This document shows positions 23,901 to 36,020 of a DNA stretch of 36,020 bases, piece by piece (within the stretch, counting starts at the first letter, position 1; every line of letters begins with the position of its first letter). The stretch is taken from positions 1 through 36,020 of the forward strand of contig NW_025213801.1 in the NCBI RefSeq assembly GCF_004010195.1. Direction: 5' to 3'. Under the pieces are notes generated by a model, which had not been told where the DNA came from, searched no databases, and saw nothing but the letters and a program-made list of their open reading frames with translations. Position numbers and translations under genes: made by a program. The stretch is from Chiloscyllium plagiosum (taxonomy: Eukaryota).

Positions 23901-26900
23901 AATTGTCAGCTATGCTGATGGAATCATAGAATTCCTACAGTATGGAAACAGGCCATTTAGCTCAACAAGTCCATACAGACTCTCCAAAGAACATCCCCCA
24001 AAGAACATCACACTCAGACTCAGCCCCCTACCTTATAACTTTGTATTTATCATGGCTAATCAACCTAACCTACTCATCCCTGGACACTATGGCCAATTTA
24101 GTGTGACTAATTCACCTATCCTGCACATCATTGGACTGTGGGAGGAAACCGGAGTACCCGGATGAAACTCACACAGACAGAATGTGCAAACTCCACACAG
24201 ACAGTTGCCCAAGGATGGAATTGAACCCGGGTCCCTGGCACTGTGAGGCAGCTGTGCTAACCACTGAACCACCGTGCTACCACCATGATGCAAACGAGGA
24301 ATTGACACCTGGGGCAGAACAGCTATAATCTTGTAGACTGTCAGGGAGGCTTGAAGAGCTAAATAGCCTACTTCTGCTCCTATTTCTTATTTTCTTACAA
24401 TCTTCGTCAGTAGATATGTGAATTAAAGGATCCCAGGAGTGGGACCATTGACATTGACATGGTGGGACCATGGATTGGATTTCAGTAGATTTCCAGAGTA
24501 GAATCCCAGAGAAAATATTTGAGATGAATTGCAGAAATATAATCCCCAGGTTGATAGCAGCAATCAGGCTATCTGACTTCCTTAACCACCACCTCCTTCC
24601 ACCTTTGATAGACTGTTGGGGGATGTTCTTTATGTTAGGGAATTGTCAGCTATGCTGATGGAATCATAGAATTCCTACAGTATGGAAACAGGCCATTTAG
24701 CTCAACAAGTCCATACAGACTCTCCAAAGAACATCCCCCAAAGAACATCACACTCAGACTCAGCCCCCTACCTTATAACTTTGTATTTATCATGGCTAAT
24801 CAACCTAACCTACTCATCCCTGGACACTATGGCCAATTTAGTGTGACTAATTCACCTATCCTGCACATCATTGGACTGTGGGAGGAAACCGGAGTACCCG
24901 GATGAAACTCACACAGACAGAATGTGCAAACTCCACACAGACAGTTGCCCAAGGATGGAATTGAACCCGGGTCCCTGGCACTGTGAGGCAGCTGTGCTAA
25001 CCACTGAACCACCGTGCTACCACCATGATGCAAACGAGGAATTGACACCTGGGGCAGAACAGCTATAATCTTGTAGACTGTCAGGGAGGCTTGAAGAGCT
25101 AAATAGCCTACTTCTGCTCCTATTTCTTATTTTCTTACAATCTTCGTCAGTAGATATGTGAATTAAAGGATCCCAGGAGTGGGACCATTGACATTGACAT
25201 GGTGGGACCATGGATTGGATTTCAGTAGATTTCCAGAGTAGAATCCCAGAGAAAATATTTGAGATGAATTGCAGAAATATAATCCCCAGGTTGATAGCAG
25301 CAATCAGGCTATCTGACTTCCTTAACCACCACCTCCTTCCACCTTTGATAGACTGTTGGGGGATGTTCTTTATGTTAGGGAATTGTCAGCTATGCTGATG
25401 GAATCATAGAATTCCTACAGTATGGAAACAGGCCATTTAGCTCAACAAGTCCATACAGACTCTCCAAAGAACATCCCCCAAAGAACATCACACTCAGACT
25501 CAGCCCCCTACCTTATAACTTTGTATTTATCATGGCTAATCAACCTAACCTACTCATCCCTGGACACTATGGCCAATTTAGTGTGACTAATTCACCTATC
25601 CTGCACATCATTGGACTGTGGGAGGAAACCGGAGTACCCGGATGAAACTCACACAGACAGAATGTGCAAACTCCACACAGACAGTTGCCCAAGGATGGAA
25701 TTGAACCCGGGTCCCTGGCACTGTGAGGCAGCTGTGCTAACCACTGAACCACCGTGCTACCACCATGATGCAAACGAGGAATTGACACCTGGGGCAGAAC
25801 AGCTATAATCTTGTAGACTGTCAGGGAGGCTTGAAGAGCTAAATAGCCTACTTCTGCTCCTATTTCTTATTTTCTTACAATCTTCGTCAGTAGATATGTG
25901 AATTAAAGGATCCCAGGAGTGGGACCATTGACATTGACATGGTGGGACCATGGATTGGATTTCAGTAGATTTCCAGAGTAGAATCCCAGAGAAAATATTT
26001 GAGATGAATTGCAGAAATATAATCCCCAGGTTGATAGCAGCAATCAGGCTATCTGACTTCCTTAACCACCACCTCCTTCCACCTTTGATAGACTGTTGGG
26101 GGATGTTCTTTATGTTAGGGAATTGTCAGCTATGCTGATGGAATCATAGAATTCCTACAGTATGGAAACAGGCCATTTAGCTCAACAAGTCCATACAGAC
26201 TCTCCAAAGAACATCCCCCAAAGAACATCACACTCAGACTCAGCCCCCTACCTTATAACTTTGTATTTATCATGGCTAATCAACCTAACCTACTCATCCC
26301 TGGACACTATGGCCAATTTAGTGTGACTAATTCACCTATCCTGCACATCATTGGACTGTGGGAGGAAACCGGAGTACCCGGATGAAACTCACACAGACAG
26401 AATGTGCAAACTCCACACAGACAGTTGCCCAAGGATGGAATTGAACCCGGGTCCCTGGCACTGTGAGGCAGCTGTGCTAACCACTGAACCACCGTGCTAC
26501 CACCATGATGCAAACGAGGAATTGACACCTGGGGCAGAACAGCTATAATCTTGTAGACTGTCAGGGAGGCTTGAAGAGCTAAATAGCCTACTTCTGCTCC
26601 TATTTCTTATTTTCTTACAATCTTCGTCAGTAGATATGTGAATTAAAGGATCCCAGGAGTGGGACCATTGACATTGACATGGTGGGACCATGGATTGGAT
26701 TTCAGTAGATTTCCAGAGTAGAATCCCAGAGAAAATATTTGAGATGAATTGCAGAAATATAATCCCCAGGTTGATAGCAGCAATCAGGCTATCTGACTTC
26801 CTTAACCACCACCTCCTTCCACCTTTGATAGACTGTTGGGGGATGTTCTTTATGTTAGGGAATTGTCAGCTATGCTGATGGAATCATAGAATTCCTACAG

Positions 26901-29900
26901 TATGGAAACAGGCCATTTAGCTCAACAAGTCCATACAGACTCTCCAAAGAACATCCCCCAAAGAACATCACACTCAGACTCAGCCCCCTACCTTATAACT
27001 TTGTATTTATCATGGCTAATCAACCTAACCTACTCATCCCTGGACACTATGGCCAATTTAGTGTGACTAATTCACCTATCCTGCACATCATTGGACTGTG
27101 GGAGGAAACCGGAGTACCCGGATGAAACTCACACAGACAGAATGTGCAAACTCCACACAGACAGTTGCCCAAGGATGGAATTGAACCCGGGTCCCTGGCA
27201 CTGTGAGGCAGCTGTGCTAACCACTGAACCACCGTGCTACCACCATGATGCAAACGAGGAATTGACACCTGGGGCAGAACAGCTATAATCTTGTAGACTG
27301 TCAGGGAGGCTTGAAGAGCTAAATAGCCTACTTCTGCTCCTATTTCTTATTTTCTTACAATCTTCGTCAGTAGATATGTGAATTAAAGGATCCCAGGAGT
27401 GGGACCATTGACATTGACATGGTGGGACCATGGATTGGATTTCAGTAGATTTCCAGAGTAGAATCCCAGAGAAAATATTTGAGATGAATTGCAGAAATAT
27501 AATCCCCAGGTTGATAGCAGCAATCAGGCTATCTGACTTCCTTAACCACCACCTCCTTCCACCTTTGATAGACTGTTGGGGGATGTTCTTTATGTTAGGG
27601 AATTGTCAGCTATGCTGATGGAATCATAGAATTCCTACAGTATGGAAACAGGCCATTTAGCTCAACAAGTCCATACAGACTCTCCAAAGAACATCCCCCA
27701 AAGAACATCACACTCAGACTCAGCCCCCTACCTTATAACTTTGTATTTATCATGGCTAATCAACCTAACCTACTCATCCCTGGACACTATGGCCAATTTA
27801 GTGTGACTAATTCACCTATCCTGCACATCATTGGACTGTGGGAGGAAACCGGAGTACCCGGATGAAACTCACACAGACAGAATGTGCAAACTCCACACAG
27901 ACAGTTGCCCAAGGATGGAATTGAACCCGGGTCCCTGGCACTGTGAGGCAGCTGTGCTAACCACTGAACCACCGTGCTACCACCATGATGCAAACGAGGA
28001 ATTGACACCTGGGGCAGAACAGCTATAATCTTGTAGACTGTCAGGGAGGCTTGAAGAGCTAAATAGCCTACTTCTGCTCCTATTTCTTATTTTCTTACAA
28101 TCTTCGTCAGTAGATATGTGAATTAAAGGATCCCAGGAGTGGGACCATTGACATTGACATGGTGGGACCATGGATTGGATTTCAGTAGATTTCCAGAGTA
28201 GAATCCCAGAGAAAATATTTGAGATGAATTGCAGAAATATAATCCCCAGGTTGATAGCAGCAATCAGGCTATCTGACTTCCTTAACCACCACCTCCTTCC
28301 ACCTTTGATAGACTGTTGGGGGATGTTCTTTATGTTAGGGAATTGTCAGCTATGCTGATGGAATCATAGAATTCCTACAGTATGGAAACAGGCCATTTAG
28401 CTCAACAAGTCCATACAGACTCTCCAAAGAACATCCCCCAAAGAACATCACACTCAGACTCAGCCCCCTACCTTATAACTTTGTATTTATCATGGCTAAT
28501 CAACCTAACCTACTCATCCCTGGACACTATGGCCAATTTAGTGTGACTAATTCACCTATCCTGCACATCATTGGACTGTGGGAGGAAACCGGAGTACCCG
28601 GATGAAACTCACACAGACAGAATGTGCAAACTCCACACAGACAGTTGCCCAAGGATGGAATTGAACCCGGGTCCCTGGCACTGTGAGGCAGCTGTGCTAA
28701 CCACTGAACCACCGTGCTACCACCATGATGCAAACGAGGAATTGACACCTGGGGCAGAACAGCTATAATCTTGTAGACTGTCAGGGAGGCTTGAAGAGCT
28801 AAATAGCCTACTTCTGCTCCTATTTCTTATTTTCTTACAATCTTCGTCAGTAGATATGTGAATTAAAGGATCCCAGGAGTGGGACCATTGACATTGACAT
28901 GGTGGGACCATGGATTGGATTTCAGTAGATTTCCAGAGTAGAATCCCAGAGAAAATATTTGAGATGAATTGCAGAAATATAATCCCCAGGTTGATAGCAG
29001 CAATCAGGCTATCTGACTTCCTTAACCACCACCTCCTTCCACCTTTGATAGACTGTTGGGGGATGTTCTTTATGTTAGGGAATTGTCAGCTATGCTGATG
29101 GAATCATAGAATTCCTACAGTATGGAAACAGGCCATTTAGCTCAACAAGTCCATACAGACTCTCCAAAGAACATCCCCCAAAGAACATCACACTCAGACT
29201 CAGCCCCCTACCTTATAACTTTGTATTTATCATGGCTAATCAACCTAACCTACTCATCCCTGGACACTATGGCCAATTTAGTGTGACTAATTCACCTATC
29301 CTGCACATCATTGGACTGTGGGAGGAAACCGGAGTACCCGGATGAAACTCACACAGACAGAATGTGCAAACTCCACACAGACAGTTGCCCAAGGATGGAA
29401 TTGAACCCGGGTCCCTGGCACTGTGAGGCAGCTGTGCTAACCACTGAACCACCGTGCTACCACCATGATGCAAACGAGGAATTGACACCTGGGGCAGAAC
29501 AGCTATAATCTTGTAGACTGTCAGGGAGGCTTGAAGAGCTAAATAGCCTACTTCTGCTCCTATTTCTTATTTTCTTACAATCTTCGTCAGTAGATATGTG
29601 AATTAAAGGATCCCAGGAGTGGGACCATTGACATTGACATGGTGGGACCATGGATTGGATTTCAGTAGATTTCCAGAGTAGAATCCCAGAGAAAATATTT
29701 GAGATGAATTGCAGAAATATAATCCCCAGGTTGATAGCAGCAATCAGGCTATCTGACTTCCTTAACCACCACCTCCTTCCACCTTTGATAGACTGTTGGG
29801 GGATGTTCTTTATGTTAGGGAATTGTCAGCTATGCTGATGGAATCATAGAATTCCTACAGTATGGAAACAGGCCATTTAGCTCAACAAGTCCATACAGAC

Positions 29901-32900
29901 TCTCCAAAGAACATCCCCCAAAGAACATCACACTCAGACTCAGCCCCCTACCTTATAACTTTGTATTTATCATGGCTAATCAACCTAACCTACTCATCCC
30001 TGGACACTATGGCCAATTTAGTGTGACTAATTCACCTATCCTGCACATCATTGGACTGTGGGAGGAAACCGGAGTACCCGGATGAAACTCACACAGACAG
30101 AATGTGCAAACTCCACACAGACAGTTGCCCAAGGATGGAATTGAACCCGGGTCCCTGGCACTGTGAGGCAGCTGTGCTAACCACTGAACCACCGTGCTAC
30201 CACCATGATGCAAACGAGGAATTGACACCTGGGGCAGAACAGCTATAATCTTGTAGACTGTCAGGGAGGCTTGAAGAGCTAAATAGCCTACTTCTGCTCC
30301 TATTTCTTATTTTCTTACAATCTTCGTCAGTAGATATGTGAATTAAAGGATCCCAGGAGTGGGACCATTGACATTGACATGGTGGGACCATGGATTGGAT
30401 TTCAGTAGATTTCCAGAGTAGAATCCCAGAGAAAATATTTGAGATGAATTGCAGAAATATAATCCCCAGGTTGATAGCAGCAATCAGGCTATCTGACTTC
30501 CTTAACCACCACCTCCTTCCACCTTTGATAGACTGTTGGGGGATGTTCTTTATGTTAGGGAATTGTCAGCTATGCTGATGGAATCATAGAATTCCTACAG
30601 TATGGAAACAGGCCATTTAGCTCAACAAGTCCATACAGACTCTCCAAAGAACATCCCCCAAAGAACATCACACTCAGACTCAGCCCCCTACCTTATAACT
30701 TTGTATTTATCATGGCTAATCAACCTAACCTACTCATCCCTGGACACTATGGCCAATTTAGTGTGACTAATTCACCTATCCTGCACATCATTGGACTGTG
30801 GGAGGAAACCGGAGTACCCGGATGAAACTCACACAGACAGAATGTGCAAACTCCACACAGACAGTTGCCCAAGGATGGAATTGAACCCGGGTCCCTGGCA
30901 CTGTGAGGCAGCTGTGCTAACCACTGAACCACCGTGCTACCACCATGATGCAAACGAGGAATTGACACCTGGGGCAGAACAGCTATAATCTTGTAGACTG
31001 TCAGGGAGGCTTGAAGAGCTAAATAGCCTACTTCTGCTCCTATTTCTTATTTTCTTACAATCTTCGTCAGTAGATATGTGAATTAAAGGATCCCAGGAGT
31101 GGGACCATTGACATTGACATGGTGGGACCATGGATTGGATTTCAGTAGATTTCCAGAGTAGAATCCCAGAGAAAATATTTGAGATGAATTGCAGAAATAT
31201 AATCCCCAGGTTGATAGCAGCAATCAGGCTATCTGACTTCCTTAACCACCACCTCCTTCCACCTTTGATAGACTGTTGGGGGATGTTCTTTATGTTAGGG
31301 AATTGTCAGCTATGCTGATGGAATCATAGAATTCCTACAGTATGGAAACAGGCCATTTAGCTCAACAAGTCCATACAGACTCTCCAAAGAACATCCCCCA
31401 AAGAACATCACACTCAGACTCAGCCCCCTACCTTATAACTTTGTATTTATCATGGCTAATCAACCTAACCTACTCATCCCTGGACACTATGGCCAATTTA
31501 GTGTGACTAATTCACCTATCCTGCACATCATTGGACTGTGGGAGGAAACCGGAGTACCCGGATGAAACTCACACAGACAGAATGTGCAAACTCCACACAG
31601 ACAGTTGCCCAAGGATGGAATTGAACCCGGGTCCCTGGCACTGTGAGGCAGCTGTGCTAACCACTGAACCACCGTGCTACCACCATGATGCAAACGAGGA
31701 ATTGACACCTGGGGCAGAACAGCTATAATCTTGTAGACTGTCAGGGAGGCTTGAAGAGCTAAATAGCCTACTTCTGCTCCTATTTCTTATTTTCTTACAA
31801 TCTTCGTCAGTAGATATGTGAATTAAAGGATCCCAGGAGTGGGACCATTGACATTGACATGGTGGGACCATGGATTGGATTTCAGTAGATTTCCAGAGTA
31901 GAATCCCAGAGAAAATATTTGAGATGAATTGCAGAAATATAATCCCCAGGTTGATAGCAGCAATCAGGCTATCTGACTTCCTTAACCACCACCTCCTTCC
32001 ACCTTTGATAGACTGTTGGGGGATGTTCTTTATGTTAGGGAATTGTCAGCTATGCTGATGGAATCATAGAATTCCTACAGTATGGAAACAGGCCATTTAG
32101 CTCAACAAGTCCATACAGACTCTCCAAAGAACATCCCCCAAAGAACATCACACTCAGACTCAGCCCCCTACCTTATAACTTTGTATTTATCATGGCTAAT
32201 CAACCTAACCTACTCATCCCTGGACACTATGGCCAATTTAGTGTGACTAATTCACCTATCCTGCACATCATTGGACTGTGGGAGGAAACCGGAGTACCCG
32301 GATGAAACTCACACAGACAGAATGTGCAAACTCCACACAGACAGTTGCCCAAGGATGGAATTGAACCCGGGTCCCTGGCACTGTGAGGCAGCTGTGCTAA
32401 CCACTGAACCACCGTGCTACCACCATGATGCAAACGAGGAATTGACACCTGGGGCAGAACAGCTATAATCTTGTAGACTGTCAGGGAGGCTTGAAGAGCT
32501 AAATAGCCTACTTCTGCTCCTATTTCTTATTTTCTTACAATCTTCGTCAGTAGATATGTGAATTAAAGGATCCCAGGAGTGGGACCATTGACATTGACAT
32601 GGTGGGACCATGGATTGGATTTCAGTAGATTTCCAGAGTAGAATCCCAGAGAAAATATTTGAGATGAATTGCAGAAATATAATCCCCAGGTTGATAGCAG
32701 CAATCAGGCTATCTGACTTCCTTAACCACCACCTCCTTCCACCTTTGATAGACTGTTGGGGGATGTTCTTTATGTTAGGGAATTGTCAGCTATGCTGATG
32801 GAATCATAGAATTCCTACAGTATGGAAACAGGCCATTTAGCTCAACAAGTCCATACAGACTCTCCAAAGAACATCCCCCAAAGAACATCACACTCAGACT

Positions 32901-34280
32901 CAGCCCCCTACCTTATAACTTTGTATTTATCATGGCTAATCAACCTAACCTACTCATCCCTGGACACTATGGCCAATTTAGTGTGACTAATTCACCTATC
33001 CTGCACATCATTGGACTGTGGGAGGAAACCGGAGTACCCGGATGAAACTCACACAGACAGAATGTGCAAACTCCACACAGACAGTTGCCCAAGGATGGAA
33101 TTGAACCCGGGTCCCTGGCACTGTGAGGCAGCTGTGCTAACCACTGAACCACCGTGCTACCACCATGATGCAAACGAGGAATTGACACCTGGGGCAGAAC
33201 AGCTATAATCTTGTAGACTGTCAGGGAGGCTTGAAGAGCTAAATAGCCTACTTCTGCTCCTATTTCTTATTTTCTTACAATCTTCGTCAGTAGATATGTG
33301 AATTAAAGGATCCCAGGAGTGGGACCATTGACATTGACATGGTGGGACCATGGATTGGATTTCAGTAGATTTCCAGAGTAGAATCCCAGAGAAAATATTT
33401 GAGATGAATTGCAGAAATATAATCCCCAGGTTGATAGCAGCAATCAGGCTATCTGACTTCCTTAACCACCACCTCCTTCCACCTTTGATAGACTGTTGGG
33501 GGATGTTCTTTATGTTAGGGAATTGTCAGCTATGCTGATGGAATCATAGAATTCCTACAGTATGGAAACAGGCCATTTAGCTCAACAAGTCCATACAGAC
33601 TCTCCAAAGAACATCCCCCAAAGAACATCACACTCAGACTCAGCCCCCTACCTTATAACTTTGTATTTATCATGGCTAATCAACCTAACCTACTCATCCC
33701 TGGACACTATGGCCAATTTAGTGTGACTAATTCACCTATCCTGCACATCATTGGACTGTGGGAGGAAACCGGAGTACCCGGATGAAACTCACACAGACAG
33801 AATGTGCAAACTCCACACAGACAGTTGCCCAAGGATGGAATTGAACCCGGGTCCCTGGCACTGTGAGGCAGCTGTGCTAACCACTGAACCACCGTGCTAC
33901 CACCATGATGCAAACGAGGAATTGACACCTGGGGCAGAACAGCTATAATCTTGTAGACTGTCAGGGAGGCTTGAAGAGCTAAATAGCCTACTTCTGCTCC
34001 TATTTCTTATTTTCTTACAATCTTCGTCAGTAGATATGTGAATTAAAGGATCCCAGGAGTGGGACCATTGACATTGACATGGTGGGACCATGGATTGGAT
34101 TTCAGTAGATTTCCAGAGTAGAATCCCAGAGAAAATATTTGAGATGAATTGCAGAAATATAATCCCCAGGTTGATAGCAGCAATCAGGCTATCTGACTTC
34201 CTTAACCACCACCTCCTTCCACCTTTGATAGACTGTTGGGGGATGTTCTTTATGTTAGGGAATTGTCAGCTATGCTGATG

Positions 34281-34645
34281 GAATCATAGAATTCCTACAG
34301 TATGGAAACAGGCCATTTAGCTCAACAAGTCCATACAGACTCTCCAAAGAACATCCCCCAAAGAACATCACACTCAGACTCAGCCCCCTACCTTATAACT
34401 TTGTATTTATCATGGCTAATCAACCTAACCTACTCATCCCTGGACACTATGGCCAATTTAGTGTGACTAATTCACCTATCCTGCACATCATTGGACTGTG
34501 GGAGGAAACCGGAGTACCCGGATGAAACTCACACAGACAGAATGTGCAAACTCCACACAGACAGTTGCCCAAGGATGGAATTGAACCCGGGTCCCTGGCA
34601 CTGTGAGGCAGCTGTGCTAACCACTGAACCACCGTGCTACCACCA
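34281..34645 (-). mobile_element. Last (44th) full HE1-like SINE copy of the array
   Basis: Same sequence as 2461-2825 offset by 43 x 740. Confidence 0.9.
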
Positions 34646-35211
34646 TGATGCAAACGAGGAATTGACACCTGGGGCAGAACAGCTATAATCTTGTAGACTG
34701 TCAGGGAGGCTTGAAGAGCTAAATAGCCTACTTCTGCTCCTATTTCTTATTTTCTTACAATCTTCGTCAGTAGATATGTGAATTAAAGGATCCCAGGAGT
34801 GGGACCATTGACATTGACATGGTGGGACCATGGATTGGATTTCAGTAGATTTCCAGAGTAGAATCCCAGAGAAAATATTTGAGATGAATTGCAGAAATAT
34901 AATCCCCAGGTTGATAGCAGCAATCAGGCTATCTGACTTCCTTAACCACCACCTCCTTCCACCTTTGATAGACTGTGGTTGCAATATAATATCTATGGAA
35001 TACACCATAGCAACTCCAAGGCTCGTTTGACATAATCTTCAGACATCCCATATCCAATATCTTGAAAGTCAAAGGCAACAGATGTATTCAGAAAACCATC
35101 TACTCCAAGTTTCTTCCAAATCATACTGCATCCTAATGACATGGACATGTATCTGTGTTCCTTCACAATGTTGAAAATAAATGTAAAAAGAACATTGGGT
35201 GCTGAATTTTC

Positions 35212-35285
35212 AGAAAAGCCCTTCTGCTTCTGCTCCTCGGATGCTGCCTGGCCTGCTGTGTTTCTCCAACACCACACTTTTCAAC
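35212..35285 (+). mobile_element. Short fragment of a common fish/shark interspersed repeat (Penelope pLTR-derived type)
   Basis: CTGCTCCTCGGATGCTGCCTGGCCTGCTGTGTTTCTCCAACACCACACTTTT is recognised from memory as the segment that normally follows a CTGAAGAAGGGCTTTTGCCCGAAACGTC hammerhead motif. That core is absent here. Confidence 0.5.
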
Positions 35286-35590
35286 AGGGGTCATAGATTC
35301 AAGCCAAGTGGCAGAAAGATGAGCGGGAATGTGAGGAAAAACTTCTTTATATAGATGATGGTAGGGGTCTGGAATTCAGTAGAATTGAATACCTGAGTTG
35401 GTGGTGGAGGCAGGGACCCCAAACTCTTTCAAAACTTACCTGCATATTCACCTTACGTGCATTAAATTGCAGGGCTTTGAAAGGCCATAAACAGGAAGAT
35501 GGGATTAGACAGGGCATCTGGGTGTTTTTGAGTCAGCATAGACAAGATGGACAGAATGGCCCCCTTCTGTGCTGTATCATTTCCATGGTG
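35286..35590 (+). mobile_element. Old 5'-truncated CR1-clade LINE 3' end
   Basis: Decayed ORF2 C-terminus (GGTCAT = RGH motif, AGGAAAAACTTCTTT = RKNFF, GTCTGGAAT = VWN, GTGGTGGAGGCAGGG = VVEAG) followed by the tail GATGGACAGAATGGCCCCTTCTGTGCTGTATCATTTCCATG. Confidence 0.8.
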
Positions 35591-35593
35591 CTG

Positions 35594-35690
35594 TGGTTGC
35601 TAGTGGTAAAGTCCCTACTTCTGGACTAGAGCTTGGGTTCAAGTCTGACTTCAGGACTTGATAGCCTGAAAAGGTGCATTTAAAACATAG
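35594..35690 (+). mobile_element. Decayed tRNA-derived SINE head (different family from the array SINE)
   Basis: A-box-like GGTTGCTAGTGGTAA followed by GTCCCTACTTCTGGAC and B-box-like GGGTTCAAGTC (about 35635-35645). Confidence 0.45.
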
Positions 35691-36020
35691 GTGATTACTA
35701 TCCCCAATCCTTCTAATTCACATGTTTACGATTATAGATTAATCCAGTACTCTTCCAAGCAGAATCATGAACCAATCCTGTGGAAATTCATGGTCACCAG
35801 CACCATCTTAGAGTGTGGCACCCAAAGAGAGAGAGTATGTCGAAGAGATGAGTCATATGTTTCTATTGACTGTCATCCCCAGGTAATTTCCTTTTTTTTG
35901 CATACTCAACCATTATAATCAGGTGTTTTTAAGACTTACAATGTATTTTCAAATACCTCTGATCAAATAATACTGAACTCTTGAATGCAGATCTCTGCAA
36001 TAGTTTGTTCAGTCATGGTT

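Larger units (their letters stand above)
2049..34976. repeat. Tandem array (macrosatellite-like) of a 740-bp SINE-containing unit, about 44.5 copies, apparently identical
   Basis: The sequence and all four repeated ORFs recur at an exact 740-bp period with identical translations. Periodicity starts at 2049 (TTT|CAGCTGTG versus GAGG|CAGCTGTG internally) and ends at 34976 (GACTGT|GGTT versus GACTGT|TGGG). Length 32928 = 44 x 740 + 368. Confidence 0.99.

Noticed and set aside
1548..34976. CRISPR-like array
   Set aside because: There are no unique spacers between repeats and no cas genes, and the context is vertebrate retroelement DNA.
2049..34976. Array produced by rolling-circle reverse transcription of a circular RNA by the adjacent CR1 or Penelope enzymes
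   Set aside because: No RT is encoded in the window, I found no ribozyme core in the unit, there is no array-flanking TSD, and 33 kb without visible errors fits a DNA polymerase better.
2077..35030. Four short ORFs (62-73 aa) repeated about 44 times as a possible tandem gene cluster
   Set aside because: They overlap SINE and CR1-tail sequence on both strands, have no recognisable domain, and several use non-ATG starts. Their identity simply follows DNA identity.
35205..35230. Second hammerhead ribozyme in the right flank
   Set aside because: Only AAAAGCCCTTCT (an inverted stem-II-like scrap) is present, and the CUGANGA and GAAAC-GUC core elements are missing.
34993..35918. ORFs 34993-35277 (-) and 35691-35918 (+), and likewise 734-961 (-) and 354-551 (+)
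   Set aside because: They are short, have no recognisable domains, and partly overlap repeat fragments, consistent with chance ORFs.

Overview
Eukaryotic, transposon-derived, apparently non-coding DNA. The repeat families (an HE1-like tRNA-derived V-SINE, CR1/HER-type LINEs, Penelope, Gypsy-type LTR) suggest a cartilaginous fish, probably a shark (inference from family recognition). About 91% of the window (2049-34976) is a head-to-tail array of a 740-bp unit: 44 full periods plus 368 bp. I saw no variant between copies. Each unit is a piece of old, decayed genome: a full-length minus-strand SINE with Pol III A/B boxes nested in an old CR1 3' end, plus about 220 bp of anonymous sequence. The unit seam carries a 16-bp inverted copy of sequence about 95 bp away, a template-switch signature. 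The left flank is a chain of truncated elements: Penelope 3' part with GIY-YIG remnant and minimal hammerhead ribozyme, then an LTR with tRNA-Pro PBS and gag start, then an internal CR1 ORF2 fragment with a 5 x 62-bp expansion. The right flank is ordinary old repeat debris. No host protein-coding gene is supported, and the repeated short ORFs are by-products of the array.
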